DNA of 64,000 bases from an uncultured Clostridium sp. (GCA_963651555.1 CAVJQD010000001.1:965-64964); one strand, 5' to 3'; counted from the stretch's first letter, positions 45,219 through 54,271 are shown. The notes: generated from the letters alone by a model not told the origin. Translations and numbers: made by a program.

Positions 45219-45259
45219 CAATAGAGCGTTGCCCACAATAGGCGACGCTCTATTGTTAT
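45219..45259 (+). terminator. Hairpin terminator after mmdB
   Basis: 11-bp perfect stem CAATAGAGCGT / ACGCTCTATTG with a 15-nt loop and a weak TTAT tail. Confidence 0.5.
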
Positions 45260-45313
45260 GGGATGTTCTAAAAATTGCTTTTGAGATGATTTGTGGAATT
45301 TTTAGAACGTCCC
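45260..45313. mobile_element. Mini copy (54 bp) of the MITE-like element
   Basis: GGGATGTTCTAAAAATT + 20 nt + AATTTTTAGAACGTCCC. Its reverse complement matches the two ends of the 10618-10812 element. Confidence 0.6.
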
Positions 45314-45337
45314 TTATAAAAGACAACCAACTCGCAC

Positions 45338-45778
45338 ATGGAAACGAAAGATATTATTAGTCGATTAGAGAACAAGTCGGTGAAGCCGACCGTCAATCGC
45401 ATCTTAGTCTATAACGCATTGGCTCAGATGGGTAAACCTGTGAGCCTGCGAGACATGGAGGAAGAGATGCTTGAACTGGACAAGTCGAGTATCTTTCGTG
45501 TACTGACGCTCTTTGCGGAGCACGATGTAGTGCATGCTTTCGAGGACGGCCGGGGCATACTGCATTACGAGTTGTGTCACCATCATGAAGGCGAATGCCA
45601 CCATACCGATGGGCATCTGCATTTCTATTGCGAGACCTGTCAACAGTCGTTTTGTCTCGAAGATACACCTATTCCTACCATTCACCTACCCGAAGGCTTT
45701 ACGCCTCATTCCATTTCTTTTGTCGTCAAAGGCGAATGCCCAACCTGCGCCGCCAAGCACAAGACTACGGGAGAATAG
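45338..45778 (+). CDS. Fur-family metalloregulator
   Basis: N-terminal winged helix, a His/Cys patch HHHEGECHHTDGH, and two CxxC pairs (CETC, CPTC). Confidence 0.85.
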   Translation: METKDIISRLENKSVKPTVNRILVYNALAQMGKPVSLRDMEEEMLELDKSSIFRVLTLFAEHDVVHAFEDGRGILHYELCHHHEGECHHTDGHLHFYCETCQQSFCLEDTPIPTIHLPEGFTPHSISFVVKGECPTCAAKHKTTGE

Positions 45779-45781
45779 GAT

Positions 45782-45816
45782 GATTAACAGTTAATTATTA
45801 ACAATTAACAGTTAAG
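45782..45816. repeat. AATTAAC-type heptamer array (5 units) containing a 7-1-7 palindrome
   Basis: GATTAAC AGTTAAT TATTAAC AATTAAC AGTTAAG. GTTAAT-T-ATTAAC is a perfect palindrome. Confidence 0.8.
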
Positions 45817-45887
45817 CATAGTCAACAGCATCTAATCATCGAGCGATAGTAGTCACACAATGCAACCGAGTTGCAACACACAGTCCA

Positions 45888-45895
45888 TACCTTTG
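45888..45895 (+). promoter_or_regulatory. -7 promoter box TACCTTTG
   Basis: TAnnTTTG match 31 nt upstream of the ATG at 45927. Confidence 0.55.
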
Positions 45896-45926
45896 CAGCA
45901 AAAAGGAAAAGGATACTGCACAGAAT

Positions 45927-47816
45927 ATGGAAAAAGAGACTCGCAACACGCTAATCAAGATTATCGCAGCCACTATCCTCTTAGTGGCATGCATCGTGAT
46001 AGAACATACCCTTGCACTGCCCACTTGGCAACTGCTACTCATCTACCTCGTTCCGTATCTCATTGTTGGCTTTGACACACTCCGAGAAGCCGTCGAGAAC
46101 ATCGTACACGGAGAAGTGTTTGACGAGGACTTCTTAATGTCGATAGCCACTATCGGTGCGCTCTGTATCGGCTTCTTTCCTGGAGTAGATAACCAGTTTC
46201 CCGAGGCGGTATTCGTGATGCTCTTCTTCCAAGTAGGCGAGTTGTTTGAGACGATAGCCGAAGGCAAGAGCCGCCAATCGATAGCCTCACTAATGAATAT
46301 CCGTCCCGACACGGCACACGTAGAGCGAGACGGAGCAGTCCTTACTATCAGCCCCGACGAGGTACAGATAGGCGAAGTGCTAATCGTCAAGCCAGGAGAG
46401 CGTATCCCTATCGATGGCGAAGTGATAGAAGGCGACTCAGCACTCGACACCGTTGCCCTCACGGGCGAGAGTGTACCACGCAGCGTGCATGTAGGCGACA
46501 GTGTCATCTCGGGTTGCGTCAACCTATCGGGCGTGTTGCGCGTACGCACCACACGTTTAGCAGGCGAGTCGACTGCCGCCAAGGTGCTCGAACTCGTGGA
46601 GAACGCCAGCGAGAACAAGTCGCGCAGCGAGACCTTTGTCACTCGATTCGCACGAGTATACACCCCTATCGTAGTCGTAATGGCAATGCTACTATCGTTC
46701 ATACCACCACTCTTCACCGCCGAAGCCTACCTCACAGCACTACCTACTTGGCTCTATCGAGGACTGATGTTCTTGGTAGTCTCCTGCCCATGTGCGTTAG
46801 TCATATCCGTACCCCTCTCGTTCTTTGGCGGCATTGGAGGCGCATCGAGGCACGGTATCTTGGTGAAAGGATCGAATTACTTAGAGGCACTAAGCCGCTT
46901 AGACACGGTAGTGTTCGACAAGACGGGCACGCTCACACGCGGTGTATTCTGTGTCACATTGGTTCACCCACACGACATCTCGGAGAACGAGTTACTGCAT
47001 CTGGCGGCGCATGTGGAACGGTACAGCAACCATCCTATCGCCATCTCGCTGCGTCAAGCCTACCCCAACGAAGCCGACGACTGTCGTGTGGAGCAAGTAG
47101 AAGAGATAGCAGGGCAAGGCGTGAAAGCCATGGTCAACGGCAAGCAGGTATGCGTGGGCAATGGCAAACTGATGACGGCGATAGGTGCCGATTGGCACGA
47201 GTGTTCAGATCAGGCACGAGGTACGGTCATCCATGTGGCAATAGACGGTGTCTATGTGGGACATATCGTGATAAGTGACCTACTCAAGCCCGATGCGGCC
47301 CGTGCTATTACCGACCTCAAAGCGGCTGGCGTCCGACAGAGTGTGATGCTCACAGGCGACCACCAAGCCGTGGCTCAGTATGTAGCAGAGCAGGTACATG
47401 TAGACGCTTTCCATGCCGACCTGCTGCCGCAAGACAAGGTGACGCAAGTAGAACAGTTGTTGCAAGCCAAACCTACGAACCGCACACTGGCTTTTGTAGG
47501 TGATGGTATCAACGATGCACCCGTGTTGGCTCGGGCCGATATAGGCATCGCTATGGGAGCACTCGGTTCGGAAGCCGCTATCGAAGCCGCCGATGTAGTG
47601 CTAATGGACGACCAACCGAGCAAGATTGCACTGTCCGTACGCATCGCCCGAAAGACCATGCGCATTGCCAACGAGAACGTCTATTTCTCTATTACCGTCA
47701 AGATATTGGTGCTGTTACTCGCTGCCCTCGGCATAGCGAATATGTGGATGGCGGTGCTCGCAGATGTAGGCGTGACCGTCATAGCCGTGCTCAACGCCAT
47801 GCGGACGCTGCACTAA
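45927..47816 (+). CDS. Heavy-metal P1B-type ATPase without an N-terminal metal-binding domain
   Basis: CPC motif (VSCPCALV), DKTGTLT, HP motif SNHPIA and GDGINDAP. The protein starts directly in TM helices. Confidence 0.9.
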   Translation: MEKETRNTLIKIIAATILLVACIVIEHTLALPTWQLLLIYLVPYLIVGFDTLREAVENIVHGEVFDEDFLMSIATIGALCIGFFPGVDNQFPEAVFVMLFFQVGELFETIAEGKSRQSIASLMNIRPDTAHVERDGAVLTISPDEVQIGEVLIVKPGERIPIDGEVIEGDSALDTVALTGESVPRSVHVGDSVISGCVNLSGVLRVRTTRLAGESTAAKVLELVENASENKSRSETFVTRFARVYTPIVVVMAMLLSFIPPLFTAEAYLTALPTWLYRGLMFLVVSCPCALVISVPLSFFGGIGGASRHGILVKGSNYLEALSRLDTVVFDKTGTLTRGVFCVTLVHPHDISENELLHLAAHVERYSNHPIAISLRQAYPNEADDCRVEQVEEIAGQGVKAMVNGKQVCVGNGKLMTAIGADWHECSDQARGTVIHVAIDGVYVGHIVISDLLKPDAARAITDLKAAGVRQSVMLTGDHQAVAQYVAEQVHVDAFHADLLPQDKVTQVEQLLQAKPTNRTLAFVGDGINDAPVLARADIGIAMGALGSEAAIEAADVVLMDDQPSKIALSVRIARKTMRIANENVYFSITVKILVLLLAALGIANMWMAVLADVGVTVIAVLNAMRTLH

Positions 47817-47821
47817 TAGCC

Positions 47822-48928
47822 TCAGCGGACAGGTGCATCCTGCAAACCCCAACCGGTGATGGTAGCAATGTATGGGATAACTGAGTAGGCTATCTTCTGA
47901 TGACCGATGTAGTTTGGGTGCCAAGACGCCCCAAGGTCGGAGTCGCTATTGTGCATAGCAGGACATAGCCCAAGGTAATAGACATTGTTCATGCCGCAGG
48001 TATTGACCATCTCACGCACATACGTGAAGAGATACTCGTGCGCCTTCGAGGTGATGCACAGCACAGGATGGTCCTCCCCGTAGTTCGCCTTTATCTCACG
48101 CAGGAGTTTGTAGTATTGGTCACGGAACGTCTCGTACTTTGGCTGCATAGACACAGAGAAGTCGTTACCGCCCAAGTAGATAACCGTCATAGCCGGACGA
48201 AAATCGGACTTCGAAGCATCCCAACGCGTAGCCTGAGTGGAGTCCATATCGAAGGTCTGCATATACCGTTCGGGCATGCACCAACCGCTGTACTTCGAGT
48301 TGTAGTTGCGCGCAATACCCATGCCCGAATGCGCCACTGCCACATAGTCCGCACCGAAGTAACGAGCCACAATAGCCGGAAAAGTCTTGTTGCAGTTCTC
48401 TGTCTCAGGCGTGAAAGGATCGTTTCTATCACTACTCTCCGTGCCATACCCACAGGTATAACTATCGCCAATGAACTCGATCTGCCGCTCGGCAAGAGGC
48501 GACGCTGGGTAGAACCTATCGGCCGTGAACTCGAGGATGGTAGTAGTCCCTTGCTCTCCTTCCGTACGCTTTTGCAGAATCACTTCGTGCCGCCCTCGGC
48601 GAGTCTTGTTGACCGCATCGTCGGCTGCCACGAGCGTGATGAGAGAGTCGTGCCCAAAAGTAGCAATCACGCGGCTAGGCTCATCGCTCGTAGGAGCATC
48701 AATCCACATGTTATAGTAGTTCTTATGCGTGTCCGACACGCGCATCGTGAGCGTCTTACCCGAATAGACAATGCGCACCGTAGTGGAGGTCCAGTCGAAT
48801 GACACCGCACCGCCATCGACAGCCGTTCGACCGATATAGACAACACGCCCGTCGTTAGCAGGAATCGTCTCCGCCGACAAACCAAAGGCAAACAAAAGCA
48901 ACAAGGACAATAGTTCGAATCGTTTCAT
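47822..48928 (-). CDS. SGNH/GDSL hydrolase (CE2-like carbohydrate esterase)
   Basis: Signal peptide, N-terminal beta-sandwich-like region, FIGDSYT (GDS), GGNDF, and a HPNYIGH end block. Confidence 0.75.
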   Translation of the reverse strand: MKRFELLSLLLLFAFGLSAETIPANDGRVVYIGRTAVDGGAVSFDWTSTTVRIVYSGKTLTMRVSDTHKNYYNMWIDAPTSDEPSRVIATFGHDSLITLVAADDAVNKTRRGRHEVILQKRTEGEQGTTTILEFTADRFYPASPLAERQIEFIGDSYTCGYGTESSDRNDPFTPETENCNKTFPAIVARYFGADYVAVAHSGMGIARNYNSKYSGWCMPERYMQTFDMDSTQATRWDASKSDFRPAMTVIYLGGNDFSVSMQPKYETFRDQYYKLLREIKANYGEDHPVLCITSKAHEYLFTYVREMVNTCGMNNVYYLGLCPAMHNSDSDLGASWHPNYIGHQKIAYSVIPYIATITGWGLQDAPVR

Positions 48929-48950
48929 AGAAGATATAAAAGGTTAGTAA

Positions 48951-49835
48951 TTACTTTGTTGAATCCTCATCCCACGCCTCAGCGCAGTCGGTCTTAATCT
49001 GCTGCCGCAAAGCCTCGAGCGATGAGAAACACTGCTCGCCACGAAGAAAATGCAAGAAACGCACCGTGAGCCATTGGCCATAGAGGTCCCCCGAGAAATC
49101 GTGGATATAAACCTCCAGACTCTGCGCCTGCCCACCGACCGTCGGATTGGTCCCTATGTTGAGAATCCCCTTATACGACCGACCCTCCACCGTCACCTCC
49201 ACGGCATAAACCCCTGCAGGCGGTACAAGTTTAGCGATATTATGCAGTTGCAAGTTCGCAGTCGGGAAGCCGATACTTCGTCCTATCTGCCTACCATGCA
49301 CCACCTCTCCCGTCAGGCTATACGGTGCCGCCAGAAGGGCATTAGCCTGCTCAACCTCGTGCGCAAGCAGCAGAGACCGTATCTTGGTCGAACTGACAAA
49401 GACCTTCCCCTCGGCGTACGGCTTGGCTTGCAGCAAGCGAATATGCTCCTCTGCCGCAACCTGCTGATAGTCAGCAAAGTCGGCTATGCCGTCCGAACCG
49501 AAACGATGGTTATACCCCATGAGAAGCACCTCGACCTCAAGTTCGTCACGCAGGAAGACCAAGAACTGTCTTCGTGTCCACGTCTGCACGGCGGCAAAGT
49601 CCATCATTGCCACCTCTTCTATGCCTTGCGCGTGGATAGCAGCCAAACGCTCCTCGGGCGTCATCAAGAGTTCTGGGATATAGTCGGAATGTAGCACCGA
49701 CCGGGGGTGCTGACGGAAGGTAACAACCACCGGCGTGAGTGCTTCCTGCTGGGCTATCGAACGCAACTCCTGCAGGAGATAACGGTGCCCAAGATGCATC
49801 CCATCGAAGAAACCTATCGTAGCAACCTTTGCCAT
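48951..49835 (-). CDS. ribF: Bifunctional riboflavin kinase / FAD synthetase
   Basis: GFFDGMHLGHRYLL, the FAD synthetase fold, and a C-terminal riboflavin kinase GFPTANL...GILNIGTNPT. Confidence 0.9.
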   Translation of the reverse strand: MAKVATIGFFDGMHLGHRYLLQELRSIAQQEALTPVVVTFRQHPRSVLHSDYIPELLMTPEERLAAIHAQGIEEVAMMDFAAVQTWTRRQFLVFLRDELEVEVLLMGYNHRFGSDGIADFADYQQVAAEEHIRLLQAKPYAEGKVFVSSTKIRSLLLAHEVEQANALLAAPYSLTGEVVHGRQIGRSIGFPTANLQLHNIAKLVPPAGVYAVEVTVEGRSYKGILNIGTNPTVGGQAQSLEVYIHDFSGDLYGQWLTVRFLHFLRGEQCFSSLEALRQQIKTDCAEAWDEDSTK

Positions 49836-49986
49836 ATCACAACTCTATATCGATCTTTTTCCTAATACAACGGGCACGCCTCCGCCCACATCACCGACAC
49901 CGGTCAGATACCTGCAACAGTCAATCCACGCAACACATCCAACGATTTTCGTCGTCATCGGCTTCCTGCGCCCCGTTTTCTCCGCG

Positions 49987-49994
49987 CAAAGGTA
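49987..49994 (-). promoter_or_regulatory. -7 promoter box TACCTTTG
   Basis: Minus-strand TAnnTTTG match about 150 nt upstream of the ribF ATG. Confidence 0.45.
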
Positions 49995-50158
49995 CAACAT
50001 TTTTGCGATAGAACAATGTCCCCTCCGCAATTCCCACCGACAAACCCAAGACTCCTACCCGACAATCCACCGACATCCGCCCAATAATCCGCCGACGCCA
50101 ACACGACTCCACAAGCCCCACGCATGCCGCACTTCTCGGGCGTATAACCCTACCATAT

Positions 50159-50204
50159 CCCTAGCACTACCCTAGCACTACCCTAGCACTACCCTAGCAC
50201 TCCT
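50159..50204 (+). repeat. 12-mer tandem repeat, about 4 units (CCCTAGCACTAC)
   Basis: Read directly from the sequence; the last unit is truncated. Confidence 0.85.
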
Positions 50205-50293
50205 TTATCTTACCGAACTTTCATAAGGGGCTTCAACGCATTGCAAAACAACATAGCAAACATCAATCCCTTAATTTCTCGCACAGCGATCAG

Positions 50294-50320
50294 AAAAAAA
50301 GCAGGGTCATTCCACCCTGC
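50294..50320 (-). terminator. Rho-independent terminator after ribD
   Basis: Minus strand GCAGGGT GGAATG ACCCTGC followed by T7, about 55 nt after the ribD stop. Confidence 0.75.
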
Positions 50321-50374
50321 AATTGTAAAATTGGCAATTGTCCAATTGAAATTTGTTAATTTAATTGTCAATTC

Positions 50375-51373
50375 TCACTTTCTCCACACATACAACCTAT
50401 GCCCCTCAATCACTTGGCACGCTTCATCCGGCAGCACTACCGAAGGTGCCTTCACGCCCTCGTGTGCCAACACAGGCGACACCTCCACATGCACCTCATC
50501 GTACACACCCGAGTCGAGGATTGCCTGCAACAGCGTCCTACCACCTTCCACCATGACACTATGTATCTGCCGTTGAGCAAGGTCCTTCAAAACAAACTCC
50601 CAATCGGTATTATCTTGATACACAATCGTCTGCGACTCGTCCGACAGCACCTGCGAGTCCTTAGGCAAACGATGATGGCGGTCCAGAACCACCCGTATAG
50701 GGTTGCGACCGGTCCAATGCGTAGTCAGCAAACGAGGATTGTCTTGCAATGCCGTGTTTGTCCCGACCATGATAGCCATGTTCTCCGCGCGCATCTTATG
50801 CACAATCTGCTTGGTCGTAGAAGTCGAAATCCGCAGCCGCTGACCCCGTGCCGTCACCTGTTCCGGCGTATAACCGATATACCCATCAGCCGTCTGAGCC
50901 CATTTGAGTATCACATACGGACGGTGCTTCTCATGAAGACATAGAAAACGCTTATTCAGTTCCCGACACTCAGCCTGCAATACACCCACTTCCACCTCTA
51001 CGCCCGCTTCACGAAGTATCGCCACGCCCTTACCTGCCACCAACGGATTAGGGTCCAGACAACCCACTACCACACGCCTCACGCCCTCTTTGAGGATGAG
51101 ATTCACACACGGTGGCGTCTTGCCATAATGGCTACAAGGCTCCAAAGACACATACAGAGTGGCATCAGCACACGACGGATACTTCGCTCTATCCACGCTC
51201 CGAAAAGTCTCCACCTCTGCATGAGGTTCACCAAAGCGATGATGCCAACCCTCACCTATAATACGATCATTCAACACCAACACAGCCCCAACCATCGGAT
51301 TGGGCGCCACTTCATATTCGCCAAGCCGTGCCAACTCTAGGCATCGGCGCATGTACATTTCATCGTTTGACAT
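50375..51373 (-). CDS. ribD: Bifunctional pyrimidine deaminase / uracil reductase
   Basis: HAEVETF...PCSHYGKTPPC deaminase zinc motifs and a reductase C-terminal half. I take the start MSNDEMYMRRCLELA at 51373. Confidence 0.9.
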   Translation of the reverse strand: MSNDEMYMRRCLELARLGEYEVAPNPMVGAVLVLNDRIIGEGWHHRFGEPHAEVETFRSVDRAKYPSCADATLYVSLEPCSHYGKTPPCVNLILKEGVRRVVVGCLDPNPLVAGKGVAILREAGVEVEVGVLQAECRELNKRFLCLHEKHRPYVILKWAQTADGYIGYTPEQVTARGQRLRISTSTTKQIVHKMRAENMAIMVGTNTALQDNPRLLTTHWTGRNPIRVVLDRHHRLPKDSQVLSDESQTIVYQDNTDWEFVLKDLAQRQIHSVMVEGGRTLLQAILDSGVYDEVHVEVSPVLAHEGVKAPSVVLPDEACQVIEGHRLYVWRK

Positions 51374-51381
51374 TTTCTTAC

Positions 51382-51389
51382 TACCTTTG
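51382..51389 (+). promoter_or_regulatory. -7 promoter box TACCTTTG in the 25-bp ribD/prmC gap
   Basis: TAnnTTTG match that ends 9 nt before the prmC ATG. Confidence 0.45.
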
Positions 51390-51398
51390 TCGTCGTTT

Positions 51399-52205
51399 AT
51401 GAACAACATTATCGAAAACATAGAGAAACAACTGCAAGGCTTCATCCCGCCCGAGGAGCAACGCTCCATGGCGCTTTGGATACTTGAAGAGACGACCGGT
51501 CTCAGCCGCACGGATATTCTCTGCGGCAAAGGTACGAAGATTATTCCAGAAACAGAAACCGCTATCGCACGCCTCAAGCGACACGAACCCATTCAATATA
51601 TCTTCGGACATACCGACTGGCGCGGGATGCAGTTAGAGGTCAACCCTGCCGTACTCATACCTCGACCCGAGACCTCCGAACTGGTAGATTGGGTCTTAGA
51701 GGACAATCCCAACGAATACCGTTCCCTCCTCGATGCCGGCACCGGCAGCGGATGCATCGCTATCGCTATCAAGAAAGCACGACCAAAATGGCATGTAACA
51801 GCCCTCGACATCTCACAAGAGGCCTTAGCCCTTGCACAACGCAATGGAAAGAGACAAGAGGTTGACATTATATGGCAAGAAGCCGACATGCTTCATCTAC
51901 CCAATACCCTACACGCCGACATCCTTGTATCAAACCCACCCTACATTCTAAAGAGCGAACAAGTCACCATGGACGACAATGTCCTTTGTCATGAGCCACA
52001 TCAAGCACTCTTTGTCGAAGACAACGACCCACTCCGCTTTTACCGTGCCTTAGCGCAACAGCATCTTGCCCCCATGCTCTACTTTGAGATAAACCCTCTA
52101 ATGGCTACCCCCATGCAAGAGATGCTCCACGAGGAAGGGTACACTGCCCTAACAGTACGCCATGATATGGAAGGAAAAGAACGATTTATACGAGCCACAA
52201 GATGA
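51399..52205 (+). CDS. prmC: Release-factor glutamine N5-methyltransferase
   Basis: LDAGTGSGCIAI SAM motif and the NPPY catalytic motif. ATG at 51399. Confidence 0.85.
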   Translation: MNNIIENIEKQLQGFIPPEEQRSMALWILEETTGLSRTDILCGKGTKIIPETETAIARLKRHEPIQYIFGHTDWRGMQLEVNPAVLIPRPETSELVDWVLEDNPNEYRSLLDAGTGSGCIAIAIKKARPKWHVTALDISQEALALAQRNGKRQEVDIIWQEADMLHLPNTLHADILVSNPPYILKSEQVTMDDNVLCHEPHQALFVEDNDPLRFYRALAQQHLAPMLYFEINPLMATPMQEMLHEEGYTALTVRHDMEGKERFIRATR

Positions 52206-52672
52206 ACGAACAGTACATGATTTTGCAGCAGAAAGCCAGTGCCTACTGCAGTCTCTCGGAGCATTGCGAAAGCGAGGTGCGAGAGAAACTCACGACATGG
52301 GGGTGCGACGATGCAGGCATAGCCCAGCAAGTGATTGACTACCTCGTAGAGAACTCTTTCCTTTCCGACAGCCGTTACTGCACAGCCTACACACACGATA
52401 AGTTGCTTTATCAAGGATGGGGAAAACGAAAGATTGAGATGATGCTACGGCAAAAGAAACTACCCCAAGCCGCCATCCGAGAGGCCTTAGACAGTATCGA
52501 CGATGAACAGTACACGACCATCTTGCAATCGCTATTGCAAAAGAAAGCCCGCTCTCTAAAACGAGAAACGGGCGATATGCTGCAGATGAAACTCCTACGA
52601 TTTGCTGCCTCACGGGGCTTTGACTATGAAAGCAGCATCCGCATCATAAAAGAACTACTTCCCAAGGGCTAA
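52202..52672 (+). CDS. recX: RecX-family regulatory protein
   Basis: Size and the repeated helical pattern (A..YC...E.C..EV..KL, ..D.RY...Y...K) are typical of RecX. ATGA overlap with prmC. Confidence 0.65.
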   Translation: MNEQYMILQQKASAYCSLSEHCESEVREKLTTWGCDDAGIAQQVIDYLVENSFLSDSRYCTAYTHDKLLYQGWGKRKIEMMLRQKKLPQAAIREALDSIDDEQYTTILQSLLQKKARSLKRETGDMLQMKLLRFAASRGFDYESSIRIIKELLPKG

Positions 52673-54061
52673 GTCCAGCAACATCAATGGTACTTCGGTA
52701 TTATCATGCCAACCGGTAAAACGCTCTGCACCTGCACCAATAGCGAATACCGGTACCGCTGTGGCTGAGTGCGAACGAGTGGTCCAACCCACCTTAGCCT
52801 TCTTATTTAGCAGACTAACTGCGGCATCCGACAGTTTGGAAAGACTCTGATAAAGCGTCTTCACATCGTCTTGTTTGTTCTTCTTACTTGCCGCAAAGAG
52901 TTGCTGAAGCATAGCATCCTCCTCATCGGTTATCTCTACATCCTTATAGAAACCCAACTGCTCCTGAAGCAAAGTCTTTACTTGACCCCACTTCAACTTC
53001 TTTCCATAGTTCTTCTGAAGCGCTTTGAGCATGTTCGATAACTCTCCAACACTGCAGTGCTGCTGTTTGAGGAGTTTGAGATTAAGCGTATAATCGGAGT
53101 TTCCTAATATCAACCCACCCGTCTCGTGGTCTGCCGTAACGACGATTAAGGTCTCGTCTGGGTGTTCCATATAGAAAGCAAAGGCTTCTTTGATGGCAGC
53201 ATCAAACTCTTCTACCTCTCCTATTACCGTGGCTGCATCATTGTCGTGGCAAGCCCAATCAATCTCACCACCCTCTACCATCAAGAAGAAACGGTCTTTC
53301 ATAGTGAGTTGACCTATTGCAGCACGCGTGATCTGTGGGAGAGTAAGGTCCTTCGGTTGCTTATCTATTGCAAAGGGTAAACGACCCAAACCATGATAGT
53401 CCTCACTCGTTCCCTCGTTCTCAGGGATAAGGATAACACGCTTAGCATTGTGGATAAGTTTATCCGCCTCTACCATACCGTGCGCAATAGCAATATCGGC
53501 ACGCTGTGCCTCCTGATAGAGAGACGGTGCAAAGGGGTCTTCCTTACCTATGGACTGCAAGAAAGTAGAACCACCAAAGAACTCGTACTGCGACTCAATA
53601 AGTTGCATACCTATCGTGTGATAGTCACTGCGATTCTTTACGTGTGCATAGAATGCCCCGGGCGTAGCATGGTCGATACTAACCGAGGTGGTTATACCAA
53701 CGCCCCAACCGGAATGATGCAGTATCTCTGCCACCGACCTAAGAGGTTCGCCCTCAGGGTCTACACCCAACATACCATTCTTAGTCTTCGTTCCTGTAGC
53801 AAGAGCCGTACCCGCAGCCGACGAATCGGTTATACCGTTGCTACGCGAGAAAGTAGTCAACTGACCCGTGAAAGGAAACTGAGTCATACACAGAGGAATA
53901 CGACCTATATGTCCTTCCAACTCGGCACGATACATCTCCGTAAGGAGAACCTCATTAGGACCCATGCCATCACCAATAAAATAAAAGATGTAACGAGGCT
54001 GCGCCCAAGCAGGAAGCAGCACAAATAGTACGAGAATAATGGACAATGTTACTTTTTTCAT
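52655..54061 (-). CDS. Alkaline phosphatase (PhoA family)
   Basis: Signal peptide, FIGDGMG, ITDSSAAGTA, ADHETGG and HSATAVPVFA. Confidence 0.9.
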   Translation of the reverse strand: MKKVTLSIILVLFVLLPAWAQPRYIFYFIGDGMGPNEVLLTEMYRAELEGHIGRIPLCMTQFPFTGQLTTFSRSNGITDSSAAGTALATGTKTKNGMLGVDPEGEPLRSVAEILHHSGWGVGITTSVSIDHATPGAFYAHVKNRSDYHTIGMQLIESQYEFFGGSTFLQSIGKEDPFAPSLYQEAQRADIAIAHGMVEADKLIHNAKRVILIPENEGTSEDYHGLGRLPFAIDKQPKDLTLPQITRAAIGQLTMKDRFFLMVEGGEIDWACHDNDAATVIGEVEEFDAAIKEAFAFYMEHPDETLIVVTADHETGGLILGNSDYTLNLKLLKQQHCSVGELSNMLKALQKNYGKKLKWGQVKTLLQEQLGFYKDVEITDEEDAMLQQLFAASKKNKQDDVKTLYQSLSKLSDAAVSLLNKKAKVGWTTRSHSATAVPVFAIGAGAERFTGWHDNTEVPLMLLDLALGK

Positions 54062-54194
54062 TGTTGTATGTATTTTTGTTAGTTAATCCTTGTTATGAGG
54101 TTGGTTTTAGCGACTTGTAAGCCACCTATCGGCAAGTTATATGCACTTTATAGGTAAGTTGCCTGCTCTCTATCGGCATGTCAACTCAATCCCA

Positions 54195-54260
54195 CAGTCA
54201 TGCCAACCCAACCTCGCAGTCATGCCAACCCAACCCCGCAGTCATGCCAACCCAACCTCG
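54195..54260 (+). repeat. 22-mer tandem repeat, 3 units
   Basis: CAGTCATGCCAACCCAACCYCG three times. Confidence 0.85.
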
Positions 54261-54263
54261 CTG

Positions 54264-54271
54264 CAAAGATA
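54264..54271 (-). promoter_or_regulatory. -7 promoter box TATCTTTG facing the alkaline phosphatase gene
   Basis: Minus-strand TAnnTTTG match directly abutting the 22-mer array. It implies a leader of about 200 nt, so the call is tentative. Confidence 0.35.

Noticed and set aside
46043-47278. 224-aa minus-strand ORF and 254-aa plus-strand alternative-frame ORF inside the P-type ATPase gene.
   Set aside because: Both are embedded in a gene carrying all P1B-ATPase motifs. Their translations are Arg/Ser/Pro-rich low-complexity sequence with no domains.
48038-49694. 254-aa and 214-aa plus-strand ORFs antisense to the SGNH hydrolase and ribF genes.
   Set aside because: The same reasoning applies. 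They are antisense to confidently assigned genes and rich in Arg, and no start context or promoter box is present.
49836-51600. FMN riboswitch expected near the riboflavin genes ribF and ribD.
   Set aside because: Neither leader matches the FMN element consensus as I recall it. ribD has only 25 bp between its start and the divergent prmC start. An Rfam scan would be needed to be certain.
53393-54028. 211-aa plus-strand ORF antisense to the alkaline phosphatase gene.
   Set aside because: It is embedded antisense to a gene with all PhoA motifs, and its translation has no recognisable features.
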